The notes: generated from the sequence alone by a model not told the origin. DNA of 53,226 nt from Minisyncoccota bacterium (GCA_017992255.1 JAGOPB010000001.1:1-53226); one strand, 5' to 3'. Positions 36,431-45,840 are shown, counted from the first letter of the stretch. Numbers and translations: made by a program.

Positions 36431-37373
36431 TGTATGTTGTGGTGTTACTTTTTTCAATAATTCTAAGTTTTGCACTGCGCGCTTTTTTGTTATCACGTAC
36501 CTCATTGTCAGTGGGTACTATTGGATGTTTGGTAATCAGGCGTGCATTTTCAGATTGAGCTAATTCTCTAAAATATCTTTTTACTATTCGGTCCTCTAAA
36601 CTATGAAACGATATGATGGCCATTCGACCTCCTGGACGTAGTATTGACCATCCATCTGATAGTACTTGTTGTAGTGCGCCTAGCTCATCGTTGACTGCAA
36701 TACGTATTGCTTGAAATATCTTTGTTGCGGGGTGTATTTTTCCTTTCTTTCCAAGTGCTTTTTCGACAATAGTTGCAAGTTCTAAACTTGTAGTTATTCT
36801 TGCCTGTTGCCTTGCTTGTACAATTTTTCTAGCAAGTAGTTTGGATCGTCTTTCTTCTCCATAACCCGAGAATATTGTTTCCAAGCTTTCTTCATCCCAA
36901 TCATTAACTACTTGTTCTGCGGTGACAATACTTTTTTCTGGATCTCCAAAGGTCATAAGCAATGGTTCATCTTTTTTGAAACTGAAACCTCTCTCACTAT
37001 CAAAGAATGTAAAAGTAGACACTCCTAAATCTAAAAGGATTTTATCAACACCGGTTTCTCCTGCTTGTTCAATCACTGATGCAATATCGCGAAAGTTTGT
37101 TTCTGCAAAATATGTTTTTACAAATGTTGATGCTAGTTTTTGTTCTGTGCGTAAAAGTGCGTCAGGATCTAAATCAGTGCCGATAATCATTTTTATAGCA
37201 GGATAAAGTTGTGCTATCTCATAACTATGTCCTCCTGCACCGAGAGTTCCATCAAATACGACATCATCGCTTTGTATATCCAACCCGTCTATCGTTTCTT
37301 GTAAAAGAACGCTGGTGTGTGTAACCAATTCAATATTCTCAGACGTTGGGGTATGGCGGTTTTTATCCAACAT
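36411..37373 (-). CDS. rsmH: 16S rRNA (cytosine1402-N4)-methyltransferase RsmH
   Basis: 320 aa with SAM motif DGTLGAGGHS, DLGVS and SFHSLEDRIVK. Confidence 0.93.
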   Translation of the reverse strand: MLDKNRHTPTSENIELVTHTSVLLQETIDGLDIQSDDVVFDGTLGAGGHSYEIAQLYPAIKMIIGTDLDPDALLRTEQKLASTFVKTYFAETNFRDIASVIEQAGETGVDKILLDLGVSTFTFFDSERGFSFKKDEPLLMTFGDPEKSIVTAEQVVNDWDEESLETIFSGYGEERRSKLLARKIVQARQQARITTSLELATIVEKALGKKGKIHPATKIFQAIRIAVNDELGALQQVLSDGWSILRPGGRMAIISFHSLEDRIVKRYFRELAQSENARLITKHPIVPTDNEVRDNKKARSAKLRIIEKSNTTTYNEKKLN

Positions 37374-37389
37374 GCCTCACTGTCCAAAA

Positions 37390-37824
37390 TTAGAGCACTC
37401 CGATTTGTCCCAACTTCTCAGCCAAGGTATCTGCTTGCGACTCAACAGACTTCTTGAACTCCTTCCATTTTTTTTCATTCCATATTTCAGCACGGTTTTG
37501 TACTCCAATGATAGATATTTTAGTTCCCAAACCTCCCTTCTCTTTCAAAAAATCAGGAATAAGTATTCGTCCAGAAGTATCCACGTCACTTTCTACAGCA
37601 CCACCAAAAATATATCTATTGAAATTTCTGTCATCGCTTCTAAGTACTGATCCCTCGCTCAATCGTGTTGAAAACTTTTTCCACTCTGCTTCTGTATACA
37701 TCGATACGCATCCATCTAAACCAGGAGCAAGAATTACTTTTTTTCCCATTTCTTTTCGAAACTTTGCAGGCAAAGAAACTCTATTTTTGTCGTCCATGGT
37801 ATGTGTGTATTCCCCTATTAACAT
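37390..37824 (-). CDS. mraZ: Transcriptional regulator MraZ
   Basis: Two SpoVT/AbrB-like repeats, DDKNRVSLPAKFR and DTSGRILIPDFL. MLIGEYTHTMD matches the usual MraZ N-terminus, so I prefer the start at 37824. Confidence 0.92.
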   Translation of the reverse strand: MLIGEYTHTMDDKNRVSLPAKFRKEMGKKVILAPGLDGCVSMYTEAEWKKFSTRLSEGSVLRSDDRNFNRYIFGGAVESDVDTSGRILIPDFLKEKGGLGTKISIIGVQNRAEIWNEKKWKEFKKSVESQADTLAEKLGQIGVL

Positions 37825-37869
37825 ATATATTGAAGCGAGTATCGAGTGGAAAATCAAACATATTAATTT

Positions 37870-37915
37870 CCCACTCTATCCCACTTGCTTTATATTATAA
37901 CCCACTTCACCCCAC
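37870..37915 (-). promoter_or_regulatory. Putative MraZ operator: four phased GTGGG boxes flanking a TATAAT
   Basis: Plus-strand CCCAC at 37870, 37880, 37901 and 37911, giving spacings of 10, 21 and 10 bp. A minus-strand TATAAT sits at 37894-37899 between the two pairs. Confidence 0.6.
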
Positions 37916-38038
37916 AATACCACAAGTGAGTTATCCACAGGTCTTCTAATTTATAGAACTGAACCTCTTTACATGCATAACAATATATTGTATTTTCATA
38001 ATGTTCACACAATTAAATAATTTTTAAAAAAAATAAAC

Positions 38039-38275
38039 ATGCATCCTATAGAACTCAATGTACTTGGCATATATACCGGAAAGGACCCAGAGTTTTCTCC
38101 TACAGAAAAGTCATTTACACAAAAATTCGATATGCTCACTCTTGGAATCCTTGAGCTTGAGCACATAGGTACCCAATTGGTGCCTAAGTCATTGTGTATT
38201 AGTACGGATTCACCTGTTTTGTCAGGTGATACTGTATATACACGTAGGAAAAATTTTTTTTCTGACTGCTTCTAG
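38039..38275 (+). CDS. Hypothetical small protein
   Basis: 78-aa ATG ORF followed 13 nt later by a good terminator hairpin. No family recognised. Confidence 0.4.
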   Translation: MHPIELNVLGIYTGKDPEFSPTEKSFTQKFDMLTLGILELEHIGTQLVPKSLCISTDSPVLSGDTVYTRRKNFFSDCF

Positions 38276-38288
38276 ACCAGTTAGAAAA

Positions 38289-38325
38289 AACACCGACCAT
38301 CTTATTGGCCGGTGTTTTATTTTCT
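38289..38325. terminator. Rho-independent terminator (usable from both strands)
   Basis: AACACCGACC (38289-38298) pairs with GGCCGGTGTT (38307-38316) with one mismatch. TTATTTTCT follows it, and an A-run precedes it. Confidence 0.65.
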
Positions 38326-38744
38326 ATGAGTATTATGAAATTTCTTTGTACGTTTTCCTACTTCATGTTTCTTCATACAAAAAAATAGCTAAGTATTCTA
38401 TTTCATAGATTTTTTATAGTATCTTTTTTCTTTTCTTTTTGTTGGTTGTCTCAAGTATCTGACGCATGAACTCACTTTCTACAAGTTTATTATATTATTT
38501 TTCATGAGTACTCGAGCAGTAATTATTTGTTTCAGTAGATTAAATTATGACACCATACGAAACATTGGGTTTTTGAAAACATTGCCTCGCGTTATTACTT
38601 CGTTACAAAAAAAAATTCTTTCTTTGTACTACATACACCAAATGCTTCAATTAGTTATGTGGTGATATTCATCTCCAATCATCTTTCCAAACCAACCTCA
38701 GTGTTTAAAACAGCTACGACAGAGTTCATTTCTTGTTTCTTTCC

Positions 38745-40202
38745 TTATTCTTTTGGTCGCATAAGGGGGAACAATTGAGTTTCTCGAATCGGCTTGTCAA
38801 CCAAAAATGCAAACATTCGTTCACCAAAACCAAAACCACACGTCGGTGGCATACCATGTTCGAGCATCTCCACGAAATCCCATTCTGGCATCATTGCCTC
38901 TTTATCACCTCGGTCTATAAGCTCTTGTTGTAATTCAAACCTCTCACGCTGGTCAATAGGATCGTTGAGTTCAGAAAAACCATTACCCACCTCACTACCT
39001 GCAATAAGTAGTTGAAAGCGTTCTGTTAGAAGTGGATTGTCTTTTCTAGTTTTTGCTAGTGGAGAAATAATTTTTGGATGACCAACCAAAAAAGCGGGAC
39101 CAGAAATTTTCTTTCTACAATACTTCCATAGTGTGTCAGTAAGCCGTTCACGATTGTTTCCTTCGTATTGAACTCCGAGCTCGTCTAATTTGTTTTTCAT
39201 GGCTTCATCAGTATCAGTGAGCACATCTATACCTGTTACTTTCTTTACTTCATCGACATATTCGATACGTTTCCATTCATCTGCAAAATCGTACGTATGT
39301 CCTTTGGTTGTAAATTGTGTAGTCCCAAATACTTCTATCGCAATAGTTCTATAGAGATCTTCAACAAGACGCATCCCATCTTCATAATTTGCATACGCCC
39401 AGTAAAATTCCATATTGGTAAACTCCTGCAAGTGTTCGGGGCTTGATCCTTCGTTTCTATATGCACGACCTATTTCGAACGTTTTTGCAAAACCTCCAGC
39501 CATTAGTCTTTTTTGCCACAGTTCACCTATGGATATGCGAAGATAGACATCTATATCAAAATCGTCATGATGTGTTTTAAAAGGATTTGCTTCGGCTCCT
39601 CCAGTGGAAACTTCGAGAGTTGGAGTTTCCACTTCTAAAAATCCTCTACTCTTCATAAACGTTCTAGTCGCATCCCAAAATTTTGATTTTAAAACAAACA
39701 TTTCACGCAATTCTGGATTCATGAGCGTATCGAGATATCGTTTGCGATATCGTTCATCGTCGTCAGTTATCCCGTGCCATTTTTCAGGTAACGGTAAAAG
39801 AGTTTTGGTGAGAATATTCCAATTAGTTGCTAGCAAACTTTTTTCACCACGTTCTGTGGTAAAGACCGTTCCTGTAACTGAAATAAAATCTCCTATGTCT
39901 ATAGCGTCACCAAATAGTGAAAATAAGTCTTCTGACAAGGTATCCTTTTTAAATACTGTTTGAAAACGGTCCGTACCATCATCCAACACTACAAACAATA
40001 TCGCACCTTGACCTCGTATTGCCATAATCCGCCCAGCAACTACTATTGATACTCCTTCCTTTTCTTTCATTGCAAAGGAGCTTCGTAAATCATGCAAAGT
40101 TATGTCTCTTTTGACGTTGGATACAAAAGGATCCATACCTCGATTTTTAAGGAGTTGTAGTTTTTGTTCACGAACTTTTTTTAGTTCTTCGAGTGATGCC
40201 AT
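38745..40202 (-). CDS. lysS: Lysine--tRNA ligase, class II
   Basis: 485 aa with an N-terminal OB anticodon-binding domain and class II motifs (FLEVETP, YRNEG, GFGFGERM). Confidence 0.95.
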   Translation of the reverse strand: MASLEELKKVREQKLQLLKNRGMDPFVSNVKRDITLHDLRSSFAMKEKEGVSIVVAGRIMAIRGQGAILFVVLDDGTDRFQTVFKKDTLSEDLFSLFGDAIDIGDFISVTGTVFTTERGEKSLLATNWNILTKTLLPLPEKWHGITDDDERYRKRYLDTLMNPELREMFVLKSKFWDATRTFMKSRGFLEVETPTLEVSTGGAEANPFKTHHDDFDIDVYLRISIGELWQKRLMAGGFAKTFEIGRAYRNEGSSPEHLQEFTNMEFYWAYANYEDGMRLVEDLYRTIAIEVFGTTQFTTKGHTYDFADEWKRIEYVDEVKKVTGIDVLTDTDEAMKNKLDELGVQYEGNNRERLTDTLWKYCRKKISGPAFLVGHPKIISPLAKTRKDNPLLTERFQLLIAGSEVGNGFSELNDPIDQRERFELQQELIDRGDKEAMMPEWDFVEMLEHGMPPTCGFGFGERMFAFLVDKPIRETQLFPLMRPKE

Positions 40203-40249
40203 AGAGCAATAATAGCAAAAAATATACTTTCTGACTATCTCGCCTAGTG

Positions 40250-40720
40250 TTATTCGATTGAAACTACAGTATACGTAGCATCACCAGCGGGTGTGTGCAC
40301 GTCTACCACTTCACCTTTCTTTTTATTCATAAGTGCATTTCCCAATGGAGAATGATTCGATATCTTACTCTGTGACATATCAGCTTCTTCTGGACCAACT
40401 ATAGTGTACACAATATCAGTACGAGTACCACCTTTTTTCACAGTAACAATAGAACCAATAGAAACCGCAGATTTTGTATCGTGTTTTTCTATCACCGTAG
40501 CAGTTCGTAAAAGCTCCTCCAGAGAATTTATCTTATCTTCTAGTTTTCCTTGTTCCTCTCTCGCTTGATGATATTCTGCATTTTCAGAAAGATCACCTAG
40601 AGACTTGGCGTGTTCCAATTGCTCGATTATTTCTTTTCGTTTTATGCTCCGTAAAAATTCAAATTCTTTTTCTAGTTCTGCTTTTTTTTCTTTACTTATA
40701 TAGTTTGCGCTTGCGTCCAT
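40250..40720 (-). CDS. greA: Transcription elongation factor GreA
   Basis: 156 aa with a coiled-coil N-terminal domain containing DLSENAEYHQAREEQ, plus a C-terminal FKBP-like domain. Confidence 0.93.
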   Translation of the reverse strand: MDASANYISKEKKAELEKEFEFLRSIKRKEIIEQLEHAKSLGDLSENAEYHQAREEQGKLEDKINSLEELLRTATVIEKHDTKSAVSIGSIVTVKKGGTRTDIVYTIVGPEEADMSQSKISNHSPLGNALMNKKKGEVVDVHTPAGDATYTVVSIE

Positions 40721-40808
40721 ATACTGCTTTCTTTTTACATTTATAAGGACTCAACTCTATCACAGATACCAAAAAATGCAATATAGGAAAACATTTTTTT
40801 TAATAGTG

Positions 40809-42509
40809 CTATTCTTCTTTTACAGATAAACCTACATATTCTGGCAACGTATCACTAAGCCACGAAAAAAATGGTAGTGCTGCTCGCGAAGCACCTACTA
40901 CAGCTTCTCCTCCAGGACCATGCTCCATGAGAAATACAAACGCGTATTTTGGATTATCAAAAGGAAAAAAACCCTCCATCCAGGCGTTCACATTTTTCTT
41001 CTGTATACCTACCTGTGCGGTACCAGTTTTAACAGCAATAGAAAAAGGTAAATATTTCAGCAATTGTCCACCTCCATCTGTTACCACCATTCTCATTCCT
41101 TCGCGAACTACTTGCATATCATTCTCATCAAAAGTAAGTTTTTCGAATGTTGTTGGGTCAACAGGTGACGATATAGAAGGTATCACTAGAGTTCCGCCAT
41201 TTGCAATTGCGGCAACCGCACGAACCATTTCTATCGGTGTAACCTGAAATCCGTACTGACCTATAGATGTGTTGTATGTGTCTCCGATTCGCCACTGATC
41301 ACCTTTAAAATTTGCAGCTTTCCATTCTGGAGACGGAACTGTACCACTCACTTCTCCTTGCATGTTTATTCCAGTTTTTGTATCCAAACCAAACATGTGC
41401 GTGTATGTTCCGATTCTGCCTATACCGAGACCTTTTTGGTTTTCAAAACCTCCTCCTATTGTATAAAAATATACGTTTGAAGAAACAGCGAGCGCGTGTC
41501 TCATATCTACCCATCCGTGTGCCTTGTTGTCTTTATATGTATAAACAATGTTTGGATCATAGGGACTAGTAAGACTGATAGAACCAGTAGAAAGTATCTG
41601 TTTTTCTGGAGTAATTATTTTCTCATGTAATGCTGCAAGCGCCAAAAATGGCTTTACAATAGATCCAGGCGTGTATAAACCAGAAATAGCACGATTGAGA
41701 TACACCTTTCTATGATCATGTGCGTAACTTCGAATAATGTCTTTGTTTGATCCATCCGAAAGAATATTTGGATCATATTCTGGATAACTAACTATTGAAA
41801 TTATTTCTCCAGTATGAATATCTAATACAATTCCTGCCCCACCATCGTATCCTACTGTGTCAGCAAGGTCCTTTATAACTGCATACATTTTTTCCTGTAC
41901 TCGTGCGTCTATTGATAGAGTTACATTTTCACCGGAAATTGGAGTTATAATAGAACCTTCTTTTTCAATTACTCCTTTTACATCACGTTGAGCAAGTTTG
42001 GCACCATTTTCACCTTGCAAAGTTTCTTGAAACGACTTCTCAACACCAGACTTTCCTTCATATTCTAGTTGCCAAAAATATCCATTTGCATCTTTTTTGG
42101 GATATGAAATATACCCCAATAACTGACCGAATCCTTCTGTTTTATACAAACGACGTGACAAACTATTGTCATCCAGAAAACTATTCCATGCCAATTCTAC
42201 TCCATTTCTATCATAAATAATCCCACGTTCTGCAAATATCGGTTCGCTGTTATAACTATTTGCATAACTTCGCTTTAGGTATGCATCTCCTCGTATGATT
42301 TGAAGGATAGATAATTTACCGACAAAAAGAACACCTATTATTATAAAGAAAAATCCCATGGTACGTATTGTATTTTTTGAAATAGATTTTTCAATACGAC
42401 CTTCAAATTGTTGAGTATCAAATTCAGGAATATTTTTTGAATCTAAAAATATATCTTCTGGAAAGACTTCTATACCGTGTGGTTTTTTTTTAAAATATTT
42501 ACGAAGCAT
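40809..42509 (-). CDS. mrdA: Penicillin-binding protein 2 (elongation-type transpeptidase)
   Basis: 566 aa with an N-terminal TM and the motifs SxxK (GSIVKP), SxN (SSNVYF) and KTG (VKTGTA). Confidence 0.85.
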   Translation of the reverse strand: MLRKYFKKKPHGIEVFPEDIFLDSKNIPEFDTQQFEGRIEKSISKNTIRTMGFFFIIIGVLFVGKLSILQIIRGDAYLKRSYANSYNSEPIFAERGIIYDRNGVELAWNSFLDDNSLSRRLYKTEGFGQLLGYISYPKKDANGYFWQLEYEGKSGVEKSFQETLQGENGAKLAQRDVKGVIEKEGSIITPISGENVTLSIDARVQEKMYAVIKDLADTVGYDGGAGIVLDIHTGEIISIVSYPEYDPNILSDGSNKDIIRSYAHDHRKVYLNRAISGLYTPGSIVKPFLALAALHEKIITPEKQILSTGSISLTSPYDPNIVYTYKDNKAHGWVDMRHALAVSSNVYFYTIGGGFENQKGLGIGRIGTYTHMFGLDTKTGINMQGEVSGTVPSPEWKAANFKGDQWRIGDTYNTSIGQYGFQVTPIEMVRAVAAIANGGTLVIPSISSPVDPTTFEKLTFDENDMQVVREGMRMVVTDGGGQLLKYLPFSIAVKTGTAQVGIQKKNVNAWMEGFFPFDNPKYAFVFLMEHGPGGEAVVGASRAALPFFSWLSDTLPEYVGLSVKEE

Positions 42510-42517
42510 ACTGTGTG

Positions 42518-42787
42518 TTAATGTATTAAATATGGTTTTACATATAAACTGATTAAAAAAAATACAATAGCGATACTCGTCAACAGTATATCTGATCCGT
42601 GAAATCGTTCTAACGGTACAGCAAAAGTAAAGTCTGCCATCATAAACAACAATACTCCTTCAATATACAAATCAAATATAAACAAAAATAACACAAAAAA
42701 AACTAGTGTAACCATAAAAGGCGCATATACAAATGATGTGATAAGCAACAGTGTAGCACCTATACGTTTCCATACATTACGAGACAT
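42518..42787 (-). CDS. Small membrane protein; position suggests MreD-like
   Basis: 89 aa with 3 TM segments, immediately upstream of the PBP2 gene. Its size and neighbours are atypical for MreD. Confidence 0.4.
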   Translation of the reverse strand: MSRNVWKRIGATLLLITSFVYAPFMVTLVFFVLFLFIFDLYIEGVLLFMMADFTFAVPLERFHGSDILLTSIAIVFFLISLYVKPYLIH

Positions 42788-42897
42788 TATATCTGGATTA
42801 TAGTGTACATTCTATGGAAACGCAAAGTAGTGTTGGAACGAACGAATTGATACATGTAGAATACTATCTTTAATTTTACATAGACTGTATCTAAACA

Positions 42898-43359
42898 CTA
42901 CTCTTTTTGAAAAATACTTCCTAGCACTATTTTCAGAATGGTCAGTACAATCAACACGATCAGTGCGTAAAATAGGTATACCGTTGAGAATATGTATATC
43001 AAAATTATATATACATACAATAAAGCGGTGGCCGCAGGGTAGCTTCTGGCTTCTTGTATCCCCGTTTGTATTTCAATATTTCCTTCTTCATTGAAACTCA
43101 AAGTATTTTCCTTACCATACGGATGAAGTATATCACCTTGTTCGTCGCGTTTTGTTTCAAAAATTTGAATCCGGCTTATTCGCCATATTTCTACTTTGCC
43201 AAAAAAATTCTTTAGACCTTCTGGTGTTTTTATCGATATCGTGTTTTGAATATTATTTACTTCTCCTAGTACGTGTTCGAGATCATCGGTTGCGAAAGCA
43301 GTTGACCCAGCACAGAAAACGCTAAAGATACAAAGACAAAGAATGTATTTTTTTTTCAT
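42898..43359 (-). CDS. Hypothetical exported protein with a C-terminal TM anchor
   Basis: I prefer the ATG at 43359 (MKKKYILCLCIFSVFCAGSTAFA signal peptide). That start removes the overlap with the upstream gene. Confidence 0.6.
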   Translation of the reverse strand: MKKKYILCLCIFSVFCAGSTAFATDDLEHVLGEVNNIQNTISIKTPEGLKNFFGKVEIWRISRIQIFETKRDEQGDILHPYGKENTLSFNEEGNIEIQTGIQEARSYPAATALLYVYIILIYIFSTVYLFYALIVLIVLTILKIVLGSIFQKE

Positions 43360-43363
43360 GTTC

Positions 43364-43786
43364 TTATTGTACCGTGTCATTATTTTCTTGCAAGAGTGAT
43401 GAGTGTAGTCTTTCTCCTTTGTAAGCAGGAGCGCGAATAATAGAAAAACCAAGTCTAGTAGTATTTTTATATGTATCAAGCGCTTCATAGAGTGCGTCTT
43501 GGTCATATCCTACGACAATCAGATCAGGATGATAGGTGTGCAGGATACTCCAGATACCGAGTTCACTGTCTCCTACATGAGCCTCATCCACCAATCCATT
43601 CTCTTCCAATAGTGCAGCTCGTGAATGCATTGTGTTTTTTGGAACATGCTTTTTTAATCGAAATACCACCTCGTCATGAGCAATAGACGCAACAAGTCTG
43701 TCTCCTTGTTTACGGGCAAACTCAAACAAAAACATATGTCCATCGTGCAGTATATCAAACGTACCGAACACTAAAATTTTTTTCAT
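43364..43786 (-). CDS. Cytidylyltransferase-like nucleotidyltransferase family protein
   Basis: 140 aa. ILVFGTFDILHDGHMFLFEFARKQG is the (H/T)xGH nucleotidyltransferase signature. Confidence 0.8.
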   Translation of the reverse strand: MKKILVFGTFDILHDGHMFLFEFARKQGDRLVASIAHDEVVFRLKKHVPKNTMHSRAALLEENGLVDEAHVGDSELGIWSILHTYHPDLIVVGYDQDALYEALDTYKNTTRLGFSIIRAPAYKGERLHSSLLQENNDTVQ

Positions 43787-43789
43787 ACA

Positions 43790-44527
43790 TTATTCTGCGA
43801 TTTCAAGTTTCATAAAACTGACATTGCTTGTATTGTCTTGTATAGCATACGTAAACGTTGCTATTGATTGTATGTGCCCGTCTTCGAAAACCACCCTTCC
43901 CGTATTTGTAGATGTATCAACAGATACTGAATATACATACCACGAACCTCCTAGTACTGGATCAACTGGTGCAAGTGTTGCTATATTGTCACGCACATAC
44001 TTTTCCACCAGCTGACGCTCATCAAGATCTGCGCAAGAAACAACTCCGAGTTCAAGTGAGTACGAGATGTGTTCTGGGTCTACATATTTATATACACCAT
44101 CTCCAGAATCTGCCATCTCTCCCATACCAATAGTAGCAGTGCGTGCGTCAAAGCGAATACGTATTTCTTCTGTATTCTCCATACCTTCTGCATGTGATTC
44201 CCACAGACCACTGATACTTCGGAGTGAGGTATTTGCTTGTGGCGTATCTACACCGCCCGTAAACGTACCTGTTTTTTTATCTTTTTCTGCTGGAAGAAAT
44301 TGTATTTCTCCACTGACTTTACTATCTTGTCCGTGCATACGAAGCGAGTACTCGTCTTGAAGCCCATTCTCGCGTACATCAATAGAAGCATAGCATTCAT
44401 CCCAAGGTTCGTTTGTATCAGTGTTCGGTGAAAATTTTTCAGGTGATTGAGTAGTGTTTTGTCGAACAAAGAAATACAACGCTATTGAAATAAAAATCAA
44501 AATTATAATTGCTCTTGAGGTTTTCAT
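43790..44527 (-). CDS. Hypothetical membrane-anchored or secreted protein
   Basis: 245-aa ATG ORF with an N-terminal TM (AIIILIFISIALYFFV). No family recognised. Confidence 0.65.
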   Translation of the reverse strand: MKTSRAIIILIFISIALYFFVRQNTTQSPEKFSPNTDTNEPWDECYASIDVRENGLQDEYSLRMHGQDSKVSGEIQFLPAEKDKKTGTFTGGVDTPQANTSLRSISGLWESHAEGMENTEEIRIRFDARTATIGMGEMADSGDGVYKYVDPEHISYSLELGVVSCADLDERQLVEKYVRDNIATLAPVDPVLGGSWYVYSVSVDTSTNTGRVVFEDGHIQSIATFTYAIQDNTSNVSFMKLEIAE

Positions 44528-44580
44528 GTATACAGTATACCTTTTATTTTCATATTTTAAAAGCTTTTACCAATTAGTAT

Positions 44581-44627
44581 AAAAAAATACACACCGTGAG
44601 CTACATGCTCCAGGTGTGTATTTTTTT
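44581..44627. terminator. Bidirectional rho-independent terminator after the SWIB gene
   Basis: A7 tract, ATACACACC (44587-44595), a 17-nt loop, GGTGTGTAT (44613-44621), then a T7 tract. Confidence 0.7.
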
Positions 44628-44635
44628 ATATACAT

Positions 44636-44893
44636 TTATGAAAGATGTGCTGAAACGAGTTTGGTCATTTCAAACATGTTGACTACTTTCTTTCCTCCAA
44701 AAACCTTTAGCAGATTTTCATCTGCAACAATGTTGCGCTTGTTTTTTGGATCTTGAAGATCGTGCTTTTTGATATATATCCAAAGAGCTTTCACAACCTC
44801 CGAACGAGGCATGGGACCTTTACCAACAACTGCCTCGAGTTCTGGACTCAAGGTCATTGGTTTCATAAATGCAGAATTTGCTTTCGCTGGCAT
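44636..44893 (-). CDS. SWIB/MDM2 domain protein
   Basis: 85 aa. SPELEAVVGKGPMPRSEVVKALWIYIKKHDLQDPKNKRNIVADENLLKVFG is a classic SWIB-domain sequence. Confidence 0.85.
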   Translation of the reverse strand: MPAKANSAFMKPMTLSPELEAVVGKGPMPRSEVVKALWIYIKKHDLQDPKNKRNIVADENLLKVFGGKKVVNMFEMTKLVSAHLS

Positions 44894-45023
44894 ATAATTG
44901 AATTTCGAATTACTTAATAAATACTACATATATAGTATACACTAAAATACTATCGTGCAATAGAACACTGTGGAATGAAGACGTGACCAAGAAATGCACA
45001 TTTTGACGACATAGTCCTAGCAT

Positions 45024-45725
45024 TTACAATTGGCACACCTCTATACACTCTGTGATACACAATGAGCTCTCTGTTTCGTGTCGACAAGCAGATGCACAGA
45101 CGTTGAATTCTCCACCGATAAGAGAACACTCTGATGCATGTATTCCGAGACATTCTTGATATGTCACATCCAGTGCACCTCCGACACCACGACAATCTGC
45201 ACGTTTGTCGTTTGAAACAGGTGGCACATCGACAACGTCAGTATATAAACTTTCTATATGAAAAATGACTTCGTATGATGATGTAGGAATAGTTATTCCC
45301 GCTTTAGTTTCTGGAGATATAGAAACAATAGACAATCGATAACCAAACACCTCATATGGTTTACTGTCAGAGGAATAGAGTATAGTCTTTGATTCTTCAT
45401 GATTTGTCACGGTAATAGATGTCTCAACTGCTCCTGCCCAAAAACAGTTTGCATCAACCGGACAACGAGAATCATTGGTTACCTTGTTCAATCGAACAGA
45501 GAGTTCGAGAGCCTCTTTGGTCTCTCCCACAGCGAGAGCAATATCTTGTGGCGCCATGACTCTATCAGAGTCGTTTCCTGTATTTGTTTCAGCGACAGTT
45601 TCTGGTTTCAGTTCCTCACTTGGGATATTTATGTGATTCGGAGCCTCTGCATAAGGTGTATGTATTACATAATACACTAGTACAGCAATCGCTACTACTA
45701 GAAATATACTATATATTTTTTTCAT
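45024..45725 (-). CDS. Hypothetical secreted protein with a Cys-rich C-terminus
   Basis: 233 aa with an N-terminal TM, a central DSRCPVDANCFWAG block, and 8 Cys in the last 57 residues. Confidence 0.7.
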   Translation of the reverse strand: MKKIYSIFLVVAIAVLVYYVIHTPYAEAPNHINIPSEELKPETVAETNTGNDSDRVMAPQDIALAVGETKEALELSVRLNKVTNDSRCPVDANCFWAGAVETSITVTNHEESKTILYSSDSKPYEVFGYRLSIVSISPETKAGITIPTSSYEVIFHIESLYTDVVDVPPVSNDKRADCRGVGGALDVTYQECLGIHASECSLIGGEFNVCASACRHETESSLCITECIEVCQL

Positions 45726-45800
45726 GTTTGTAGTATGACAGAGATTACATATTTTTCAAATATGTTGTTACTCATGCTGATTTCTGTATAGTATAAAATA

Positions 45801-45840
45801 CATAAAAATAGTCCAGCAGTGTTATCACTTACCGGACTAT
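45801..45840 (-). terminator. Interrupted hairpin, possible minus-strand terminator
   Basis: ATAGTCC (45808-45814) pairs with GGACTAT (45834-45840), with an inner AGTG-TTAT-CACT stem. TTTTTATG follows on the minus strand. Confidence 0.45.

Noticed and set aside
44950-45195. 81-codon minus-strand ORF overlapping the 3' part of the 233-aa secreted-protein gene in another frame.
   Set aside because: It is an alternative frame of a longer, better-structured ORF, and its translation is Arg/Cys-rich noise.
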